From a virus, in the UHGV virus genome UHGV-0132791: a stretch of DNA of 17,677 bases; one strand, 5' to 3'. Below the pieces are notes generated by a model, which had not been told where the DNA came from, did not search any database, and worked only from the letters and a program-made list of their open reading frames with translations. This document shows, one piece after another, positions 7,444 to 13,977 of the stretch (its first letter is position 1; each line of letters begins with the position of its first letter). The position numbers were made by a program, and so were the translations under genes.

Positions 7444-7850
7444 CGGCGCAAATAGCAGCTTACGGGCGGCTGGTGGACGACCCACAGGTAAAACATACCA
7501 GCAAGGGAGCACCCATGACACTGGCACGGATGACGGTATCTTTGCCATGCAGCCAGGCAGATGACGGAACGGCGACGATGTGGTTATCTGTCCTGGCGTT
7601 TGGCAGACAAGCCGACGCGCTGGCAAAGCATCACAAAGGCGAACTCCTGAGCGTGGCGGGTAATATGCAGGTGAGCCAGTGGAGCGGACAGAACGGTGAA
7701 ACGCGGCAGCGCTGGCAGGTTATCGCAGACAGCGTAATCAGTGCGCGAACGGTGCGACCTGGCGGGAACAGACGTAAAACCACAGGCACACAGGGCAACA
7801 CACCACCAGCGGGAGGGGATGATCTCTACGGTGACAATATTCCATTCTGA
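7440..7850 (+). CDS. ssb: Single-stranded DNA-binding protein (SSB-like, OB fold)
   Basis: Pattern resembling E. coli SSB (…GRLVDDPQV…, …WLSVLAFGRQADALAKHHKGELLSVAGNMQVSQWSGQNGETRQRWQVIAD…) and a C-terminal tip …DNIPF like the SSB DDDIPF tail. Start is a TTG at 7440 overlapping the upstream stop; exact start uncertain. Confidence 0.7.
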   Translation: MTAQIAAYGRLVDDPQVKHTSKGAPMTLARMTVSLPCSQADDGTATMWLSVLAFGRQADALAKHHKGELLSVAGNMQVSQWSGQNGETRQRWQVIADSVISARTVRPGGNRRKTTGTQGNTPPAGGDDLYGDNIPF

Positions 7851-7858
7851 ACGCACAG

Positions 7859-7878
7859 GCCGGAGAAATCCGGCTTTT
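7859..7878 (+). terminator. Rho-independent terminator downstream of ssb
   Basis: GCCGGA (7859-7864) / GAAA / TCCGGC (7869-7874) followed by TTTT (7875-7878). Confidence 0.6.
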
Positions 7879-8114
7879 ATCAGTTGAGTCCGTCACACCA
7901 CGCAAAAAAAAGGCCGGAATATTCCGACCCTTTCATCACCAAAGAGAATAATTTATGTCTTTGAACTTGTAACGCTGTACAGAATGACACGTAACGCCGG
8001 ATAAATAAACGAAGATTGAAACTTTGCACAATATTGCATAGCAATGCATAAAGATGCCGATCAAGGCAGATGATAAAATTAATACGACACTTTTACTAAG
8101 TATTAAGAGGTTAT

Positions 8115-9155
8115 ATGAGTGATTTATATTCGCCAGCGGAGTTAATACAGACTGTTAATGCTGAAGATATTCAATGGCAGATTAACTCTTTATTTATAAA
8201 CCTGTTTTTTAAGCGAGTCGTTACATTTGAGACGCGGGATATTGCGCTTGATATTATTGACGATCCAGACATCCCGATGGCTGCATTTTGTTCCCCTATG
8301 GTTGGTAGTAAAGTATCACGCGATGAAGGCTACGAATCAAAAGTAATTCGCCCTGGCTACATGAAGCCAAAAAGTAGTATAGACCCAAATAAAATAGCCG
8401 TTCGTCAACCAGGCGTATCACCGGAACAATTCAATGCATATTCATCACGCAATTTCAAAATAAAGCGAGCGATGGTAAGACAAGCGCAGGCCATTCGCGC
8501 ACGTATTGAATGGCTTGCTGTTCAGGCAATCACAACGGGGAAAAATATCATTGAGGGCGATGGCATTGAACGTTATGAACTGGACTGGAATATAAAACCA
8601 CAAAATATTATCACGCAGTCCGGCGGCACGGAGTGGAGCGGTAGAGATTTATCAACATTTGATCCAAATGATGACATCGAAGAGTACGCAGAAATCAGCG
8701 AAGGGACTACAAATATCATCGTAATGGGACGCAACGTATGGAAAAAATACCGCGCCTTTAAAGCAGTAAAAGATTGCCTTGATACTCGACGGGGATCTAA
8801 TTCCGTTCTTGAAACGGCCCTGAAAAATCTTGGGGATTCCGTCAGTTTTAAGGGTTACGTAGGCGATGTGGCTATTGTTGTGTATAGCGGACGTTATACC
8901 GACGAGGACGGAACAGAAAAATATTTCCTTGATCCTGATTTGATGGTTCTTGGCAATACATCACTTCAGGGCATCGTTGCATACGGTGGCATTCAGGATC
9001 CGGAGCTAATCCGAATGGGGCTGACTAAAGCCGAACTCGCACCGAAAAACTACATTGTGCCTGGAGATCCGGCTATTGAGTACGTACAAACGCACTCTGC
9101 ACCACAGCCAATACCGGCCCGCATCAATCGTTTTGTTACCGTTCGCATTGGTTAA
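8115..9155 (+). CDS. Element-encoded major capsid protein, lambda gpE paralogue
   Basis: 346 aa; clearly homologous but divergent from gpE (shared blocks PGYMKPK, ITQSGGTEWS.RD.ST.DP.DDIEEYA, KAVKD.LDTRRGSNS.LETA.K.LG..VS.KGY.GDVAIVVYSG.Y, MVLGNT); strong SD AAGAGG. Confidence 0.9.
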   Translation: MSDLYSPAELIQTVNAEDIQWQINSLFINLFFKRVVTFETRDIALDIIDDPDIPMAAFCSPMVGSKVSRDEGYESKVIRPGYMKPKSSIDPNKIAVRQPGVSPEQFNAYSSRNFKIKRAMVRQAQAIRARIEWLAVQAITTGKNIIEGDGIERYELDWNIKPQNIITQSGGTEWSGRDLSTFDPNDDIEEYAEISEGTTNIIVMGRNVWKKYRAFKAVKDCLDTRRGSNSVLETALKNLGDSVSFKGYVGDVAIVVYSGRYTDEDGTEKYFLDPDLMVLGNTSLQGIVAYGGIQDPELIRMGLTKAELAPKNYIVPGDPAIEYVQTHSAPQPIPARINRFVTVRIG

Positions 9156-9164
9156 GGGGGAGCA

Positions 9165-9506
9165 ATGGCTACTCATTACACTGAACTCATGGCTGGCACT
9201 GAAGCACTGGTTACTACGTTGGGGATATTTTCAGCTAATAAAGGGGTAATTCCTGCATTTACGCCACTGATGCAAGAAGATGCAACTGGTGCACTGGTGG
9301 TATGGGATGGAACGAGCGCAGGCAAAGCTGTTTATGTTTCCGCTGTACAAATCGATACAGCGACAAAAACGCAGGCTCAGGTTTATAAAACCGGCGTCTT
9401 AAATGTTGATGCTCTGAACTGGCCTGAGTCTGTAACACAACTATCAGCAAAAGTTGCTGCGTTTGTTGGCTCAGGTATTTCTGTTCAGCCGCTGGCACGT
9501 GTGTGA
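9165..9506 (+). CDS. Element-encoded head decoration protein, lambda gpD paralogue
   Basis: 113 aa; gpD-like blocks (TPLM…LVVWDGT…YKTG…WPE…) and length; immediately downstream of the capsid paralogue, with SD AAGGGGGAG. Confidence 0.8.
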   Translation: MATHYTELMAGTEALVTTLGIFSANKGVIPAFTPLMQEDATGALVVWDGTSAGKAVYVSAVQIDTATKTQAQVYKTGVLNVDALNWPESVTQLSAKVAAFVGSGISVQPLARV

Positions 9507-9515
9507 GGTACGAGA

Positions 9516-9860
9516 ATGATTGAAAGAGATAGTCAGCTACGAGAGCTATTAGATATCGATGACAAAATGCGCTTAAGCGAGCGTCTTGTCGATATGAATC
9601 AGGTGATGGAACTTACAACCCTGAGTCGCCGTACACTGCTAAACCTTGAGGCTCGTGGAGAGTTCCCTGAGCGTGTGCAGGTTACGGAAGGGCGTAAGGC
9701 TTGGTATTTAAGCGAGGTTGTTGAGTGGATTAACAATATCCCGCGAGCATCAAACTATTGCCTCGTACCCACACCGGAAAAACCTGATGCGGCGTTATGC
9801 CTCAAGATTGAACGCGCCAGGCGTAATGCCCTGAAAGGGCGCAATAAGTTGATTGGTTGA
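9516..9860 (+). CDS. Second AlpA-family HTH regulator
   Basis: 114 aa; …MNQVMELTTLSRRTLLNLEARGEFPERVQVTEGRKAWYLSEVVEWI… is AlpA/HTH_17-like; located between the decoration gene and the cos site. Confidence 0.7.
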   Translation: MIERDSQLRELLDIDDKMRLSERLVDMNQVMELTTLSRRTLLNLEARGEFPERVQVTEGRKAWYLSEVVEWINNIPRASNYCLVPTPEKPDAALCLKIERARRNALKGRNKLIG

Positions 9861-9868
9861 TGAAATTA

Positions 9869-9895
9869 GGGCCCGCTCTGGCTGGCGGGTCCTTT
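9869..9895 (+). terminator. GC-rich hairpin plus short T run after second AlpA-like gene
   Basis: GGGCCCGC (9869-9876) / 8-nt loop / GCGGGTCC (9885-9892) with one G·U pair, followed by TTT. Confidence 0.35.
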
Positions 9896-9913
9896 CCGGC
9901 AATCCGGCAGACT

Positions 9914-9950
9914 ACGGGGCGGAAGGCGCGCGGGTTTTCGCTATTTATGA
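9914..9950. other. cos-like site (cosN region) of the element
   Basis: ACGGGGCGGAAGGCGCGCGGGTTTTCGCTATTTATGA: flanks match the lambda cos left-end sequence as I recall it (…ACGGGGCGGCGACCTCGCGGGTTTTCGCTATTTATGA…), but the central hexamer differs (AAGGCG vs CGACCT); lies about 150 bp upstream of the Nu1-like TerS, as in lambda. Confidence 0.6.
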
Positions 9951-10076
9951 GCATTTTTAGGGGACTGGTGGTGGTTTTGTTGTTCGCTATATCTGTATGA
10001 ATAATAAGAGAAAAACACAATCAACACACCAACCTGAAACAGTAATTAAGTTGTGGTATCAATGAAATTGCACCTG

Positions 10077-10604
10077 ATGAACAAAAAAAACATGGCAAAA
10101 AGTTGCCGTGTAAGCGCCACTGCGTTCGATAAGTGGGGAGTGATTCCCGTCGAGCGTAAGGGCCGCGAGGCGTTTTATGATGTCGCCAGTGTAATAGATA
10201 ATCGGGTTAACAATGCAATCAGCCAGATTACAAACGAAACGGGCGAGATTGATGATGATGAACTCCTACGAGTCAGGATCAGATTGCTGACAGCACAGGC
10301 AGAGGCGCAGGAGCTTAAAAACGAGCGCGAACGCGGCGACGTTATTGATACAGCGTTTTGTATATACGTGCTTTCAAAACTGGCGAGTCAGATTTCTTCA
10401 ATCATGGACAGCCTGCCGCTTGCCATGACAAGGAAGTTTCCCGACATGAAGCCGTCTATGCTGGATGGACTGAAAAAAGAAGTTATCAGAGCCTGTAACG
10501 CATGCGCAAAACTTGACGAAAACATACCGCTGATGCTGTCCGATTATCTGATGGAAACTGCCGGAAACGTACCGGATAAGTTGCAGCTGAATAAAGATAA
10601 GTAA
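10077..10604 (+). CDS. Terminase small subunit, lambda Nu1-like
   Basis: Homology to lambda Nu1 (MNKKNMAKS…YDVASVID…LLTAQAEAQELKNERERGDVIDTAFCIYVLSKLASQISSIMDSLPLAMTRKFPDMK vs Nu1 …LTRAQADAQELKNARDSAEVVETAFCTFVLSRIAGEIASILDGLPLSVQRRFPELE). ORF track begins at a GTG at 10053; ATG 10077 is chosen by alignment with the Nu1 N-terminus. Confidence 0.85.
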   Translation: MNKKNMAKSCRVSATAFDKWGVIPVERKGREAFYDVASVIDNRVNNAISQITNETGEIDDDELLRVRIRLLTAQAEAQELKNERERGDVIDTAFCIYVLSKLASQISSIMDSLPLAMTRKFPDMKPSMLDGLKKEVIRACNACAKLDENIPLMLSDYLMETAGNVPDKLQLNKDK

Positions 10605-10615
10605 CGTAGTACGCT

Positions 10616-10897
10616 ATGACTGAATCCGAAATACTGCGATTAATCCGCCGTGCTTGTGGAATCAGCAAGCAGCATGACGAACAGGCCACGCAGCCGGACA
10701 GCGTGATCGCCGAAAATTACGCGCGTGTTGTTGCTGATGTGATGCGCCGTGATGGTATTGAGCTTAACGGCGTGGATATGCGCGACATACGGATCAGATT
10801 CCTTGAGTTGCTGGCATACCGTCGCCGTTCTCAACAACGAAGGGAGAGCGCGAAAAACACTTATCAGTGGAAGAAGCCGGAACGGTTGCGGCGGTAG
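10616..10897 (+). CDS. Hypothetical basic protein downstream of TerS
   Basis: 93-aa ORF, ATG at 10616 twelve nt after the TerS stop; no recognisable similarity to terminase large subunit. Confidence 0.45.
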   Translation: MTESEILRLIRRACGISKQHDEQATQPDSVIAENYARVVADVMRRDGIELNGVDMRDIRIRFLELLAYRRRSQQRRESAKNTYQWKKPERLRR

Positions 10898-11235
10898 ATT
10901 CCTGATATTCAGGAAAACCACGAATCCGGGGGTTTACTGGCGCGGTTACGGCGGTGACACACACCGAGGCAGAACAATTACCGTAGGTTAAAGCGACAGT
11001 ATTCACACCAAAGGCAGAAATTAGCTGTTAACGTAACTGACTGATATTTTCGGGAACAGCCAACGGCTGAGGCCGGAGCTATAAAAATAGCTTTGGGTAC
11101 AGTCCTCAGTTTTGAGGGATGTTAACCAACTGAATAATAAGCAAACCTCAAAATTGAGTTTTGTATCTGCCTGAGTTATTTCTGTGCTAACTTGCTGATA
11201 TTCCCGATAACGCAAAATTGCGTTGGCTGGTGGGT

Positions 11236-11255
11236 GAGTTGCAGATCTGCAACTC
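11236..11255. repeat. 20-bp perfect palindrome GAGTTGCAGATCTGCAACTC near right end of element
   Basis: Exact dyad symmetry over 20 bp, about 140 bp inside the right att core; contains the TTGCA motif shared with the arm-type repeats. Confidence 0.6.
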
Positions 11256-11299
11256 GGCTATGAAACTTAATAATCGAACAGCATGTAAATTCATTTCTG

Positions 11300-11320
11300 T
11301 GTATTGCAGCATGTATTGCA
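11300..11320 (+). repeat. TGTATTGCAGCATGTATTGCA direct repeats (candidate arm-type sites), right end
   Basis: Matches 911-930 (TGTATTGCAGCTTGTATTGC) with one mismatch, in the same orientation, about 77 bp inside the right core. Confidence 0.5.
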
Positions 11321-11396
11321 ACATAGTCATTCTGGTAGAGATTATGCTCTATTTTTCCTCTTATATCATTCACATACTTACGTCATTGACTCATGT

Positions 11397-11406
11397 AACC
11401 CAAGCA
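11397..11406 (+). repeat. Right copy of 10-bp att core / target duplication (AACCCAAGCA)
   Basis: Identical to 773-782; preceded by an in-frame TAA (11396-11398) that ends the element-side frame. Confidence 0.75.
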
Positions 11407-12187
11407 TGAGGTGAATCCGCAGATGACCCTGCGTCGCCTGCCGGATGAAGATCCGCAGAACCTGGCTGACCCGGCTTACCGTCGTCGCCGTATTATTCGG
11501 CAGAATATGCTGGATGAAAATCTGGCGATTGCCCAGGTCGAAGAGATGCAGGCAGTTTCTGCCGTGCTTAAGGGCAAATATACCATGACCGGTGAAGCCT
11601 TCGATCCGGTTGAGGTGGATATGGGCCGCAGTGAGGCGAATAACATCACGCAGTCCGGCGGCACGGAGTGGAGCAAGCGTGACAAGTCCACGTATGACCC
11701 GACCGACGATATCGAAGCCTACGCGCTGAACGCCAGCGGTGTGGTGAATATCATCGTGTTCGATCCGAAAGGCTGGGCGCTGTTCCGTTCCTTCAAAGCC
11801 GTCAAGGAGAAGCTGGATACCCGTCGCGGCTCTCATTCCGAGCTGGAGACAGCGGTAAAAGACCTGGGCAAAGCGGTGTCCTATAAGGGAATGTATGGCG
11901 ATGTGGCCATCGTCGTGTATTCCGGACAGTACGTGGAAAACGGCGTCAAAAAGAACTTCCTGCCGGACAACACGATGGTGCTGGGGAACACTCAGGCTCG
12001 CGGTCTGCGCACCTATGGCTGCATTCAGGATGCGGACGCACAGCGCGAAGGCATTAACGCCTCTGCCCGTTACCCGAAAAACTGGGTGACCACCGGCGAT
12101 CCGGCGCGTGAGTTCACCATGATTCAGTCAGCACCGCTGATGCTGCTGGCTGATCCTGATGAGTTCGTGTCCGTACAACTGGCGTAA
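11399..12187 (+). pseudogene. E: Major capsid protein gpE, 3' fragment (codons ~80-341), separated from its 5' part by the insertion
   Basis: Translation PKHEVNPQMTLRRLPDEDPQNLADPAYRRRRII…DEFVSVQLA* matches the lambda gpE C-terminal 260 residues almost exactly; there is no start codon or RBS of its own at the homology boundary (the ORF track starts at an internal GTG at 11411). Confidence 0.9.
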
Positions 12188-12189
12188 TC

Positions 12190-12214
12190 ATGGCCCTTCG
12201 GGGCCATTTCTCTC
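12190..12214 (+). terminator. Hairpin between E and FI (ATGGCCC-TTCG-GGGCCAT) followed by T-rich tract
   Basis: 7-bp stem with 4-nt loop at 12190-12207, then TTCTCTC; likely an attenuator-type structure inside the late operon. Confidence 0.35.
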
Positions 12215-12227
12215 GGTGGAGGAGTCC

Positions 12228-12623
12228 ATGACGAAAGATGAACTGATTGCCCGTCTCCGCTCGCTGGGTGAACAACTGAACCGTGATGTCAGCCTGACGG
12301 GGACGAAAGAAGAACTGGCGCTCCGTGTGGCAGAGCTGGAAGAGGAGCTTGATGACACGGATGACGCTGCCGGTCAGGACACATCTGTCAGCCCGGAAAA
12401 TGCGCTGACCGGACATGAAAATGAGGTGGTATCAGCGCAGCCGGATACCGTGACTGATACGGCTGATCTGGTCACGGTTGTGGCACTGGTGACGCTGCAT
12501 ACTGATGCACTTCACGCCACGCGGGATGAACCTGTGGCATTTGTGCTGCCGGGAACGGCGTTCCGTGTCTCTGCCGGTGTGGCAGCTGAAATGACAGAGC
12601 GCGGCCTGGCCAGAATGCAATAA
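12228..12623 (+). CDS. FI: DNA packaging protein FI
   Basis: MTKDELIARLRSLGEQLNRDVSLTGTKEELALRVAEL… …AFRVSAGVAAEMTERGLARMQ matches lambda gpFI (some substitutions mid-protein); ATG at 12228 with GGAGGAG SD. The ORF track starts upstream at 12159. Confidence 0.9.
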   Translation: MTKDELIARLRSLGEQLNRDVSLTGTKEELALRVAELEEELDDTDDAAGQDTSVSPENALTGHENEVVSAQPDTVTDTADLVTVVALVTLHTDALHATRDEPVAFVLPGTAFRVSAGVAAEMTERGLARMQ

Positions 12624-12634
12624 CGGGAGGCGCT

Positions 12635-12988
12635 GTGGCTGATTTCGATAACCTGTTCGATGCTGCCATTGCCCGCGCCGATGAAACGATACGCGGGTAC
12701 ATGGGAACGTCAGCCACCATGACATCCGGTGAGCAGTCCGGCGCAGTAATACGTGGTGTTTTTGATGACCCTGAAAATATCAGCTATGCCGGACAGGGCG
12801 TGCGCGTTGAAGGCTCCAGCCCGTCCCTGTTTGTCCGGACTGATGATGTGCGGCAGCTGCGGCGCGGCGACACGCTGACCATCGGTGAGGAAAACTTCTG
12901 GATAGACCGGATTTCGCCGGATGATGGCGGAAGCTGTCATCTCTGGCTTGGGCGGGGCGTACCGCCTGCCGTTAACCGTCGCCGCTGA
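12635..12988 (+). CDS. FII: Head-tail joining protein FII
   Basis: (GTG)ADFDNLFDAAIARADETIRGYMGTSAT…LWLGRGVPPAVNRRR matches lambda gpFII. Confidence 0.9.
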   Translation: MADFDNLFDAAIARADETIRGYMGTSATMTSGEQSGAVIRGVFDDPENISYAGQGVRVEGSSPSLFVRTDDVRQLRRGDTLTIGEENFWIDRISPDDGGSCHLWLGRGVPPAVNRRR

Positions 12989-12999
12989 AAGGGGGATGT

Positions 13000-13578
13000 A
13001 TGGCCATAAAAGGTCTTGAGCAGGCCGTTGAAAACCTCAGCCGTATCAGCAGAACGGCGGTGCCCGGTGCCGCCGCAATGGCCATTAACCGCGTTGCTTC
13101 ATCCGCGATATCGCAGTCGGCGTCACAGGTTGCTCGTGAGACAAAGGTACGCCGGAAACTGGTAAAGGAAAGGGCCAGGCTGAAAAGGGCCACGGTCAAA
13201 AATCCGCAGGCCAGAATCAAGGTTAACCGGGGGGATTTGCCCGTAATCAGGCTGGGTAACGCGCGGGTTGTCCTGTCCCGACGCAGGCGTCGTAAAAAGG
13301 GGCAGCGTTCATCCCTGAAAGGTGGCGACAGCGTGCTTGTGGTGGGAAACCGTCGTATTCCCGGCGCGTTTATTCAGCAACTGAAAAATGGCCGCTGGCA
13401 TGTCATGCAGCGTGTGGCCGGGAAAAACCGTTACCCCATTGATGTGGTGAAAATCCCGATGGCGGTGCCGCTGACCACGGCGTTTAAACAGAATATTGAA
13501 CGGATACGGCGTGAACGTCTTCCGAAAGAGCTGGGCTATGAGCTGCAGCATCAACTGAGAATGGTAATAAAGCGATGA
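13000..13578 (+). CDS. Z: Tail assembly/completion protein Z
   Basis: MAIKGLEQAVENLSRIS…[16 protein letters not shown] matches lambda gpZ; stop overlaps the U start. Confidence 0.9.
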   Translation: MAIKGLEQAVENLSRISRTAVPGAAAMAINRVASSAISQSASQVARETKVRRKLVKERARLKRATVKNPQARIKVNRGDLPVIRLGNARVVLSRRRRRKKGQRSSLKGGDSVLVVGNRRIPGAFIQQLKNGRWHVMQRVAGKNRYPIDVVKIPMAVPLTTAFKQNIERIRRERLPKELGYELQHQLRMVIKR

Positions 13579-13970
13579 AACATACTGAACTCCGTGCAGC
13601 CGTACTGGATGCACTGGAAAAACATGACACCGGGGCGACGCTTTTTGATGGTCGCCCCGCTGTTTTTGATGAGGAGGATTTTCCGGCAGTTGCCGTTTAT
13701 CTCACCGGCGCTGAATACACGGGCGAAGAGCTGGACAGCGATACCTGGCAGGCGGAGCTGCATATTGAAGTTTTCCTGCCTGCTCAGGTGCCGGATTCAG
13801 AGCTGGATTCGTGGATGGAGTCCCGGATTTATCCGGTGATGAGCGATGTCCCGGCACTGTCAGATTTGATCACCAGTATGGTGGCCAGTGGCTATGACTA
13901 CCGGCGCGACGATGATGCGGGCCTGTGGAGTTCAGCCGATCTGACTTATGTCATTACCTATGAAATGTGA
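13575..13970 (+). CDS. U: Tail terminator protein U
   Basis: [33 protein letters not shown]… matches lambda gpU. Confidence 0.9.
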   Translation: MKHTELRAAVLDALEKHDTGATLFDGRPAVFDEEDFPAVAVYLTGAEYTGEELDSDTWQAELHIEVFLPAQVPDSELDSWMESRIYPVMSDVPALSDLITSMVASGYDYRRDDDAGLWSSADLTYVITYEM

Positions 13971-13977
13971 GGACGAT

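Larger units (their letters stand above)
773..11406. mobile_element. Integrated satellite-like element (int, regulators, pri-rep plus iteron ori, SSB, capsid and decoration paralogues, cos plus TerS), ~10.6 kb, bounded by 10-bp direct repeats, inserted in gene E
   Basis: Identical AACCCAAGCA at 773-782 and 11397-11406; E-homologous sequence is present on both sides and absent between. Integrase gene lies next to the left end; whole-module gene content is foreign to the lambda late operon. Confidence 0.85.

Noticed and set aside
9055-9498. ORFs 9055..9249 (+) and 9259..9498 (-) overlapping the capsid and decoration genes
   Set aside because: Alternative-frame or antisense overlaps of genes with strong homology support.
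11021-11409. Short ORFs 11021..11215 (-), 11176..11373 (-), 11218..11409 (+)
   Set aside because: They lie in the palindrome- and repeat-rich att-proximal arm, with no convincing RBS or recognisable domains; more likely non-coding recombination or regulatory DNA. Not fully excluded.
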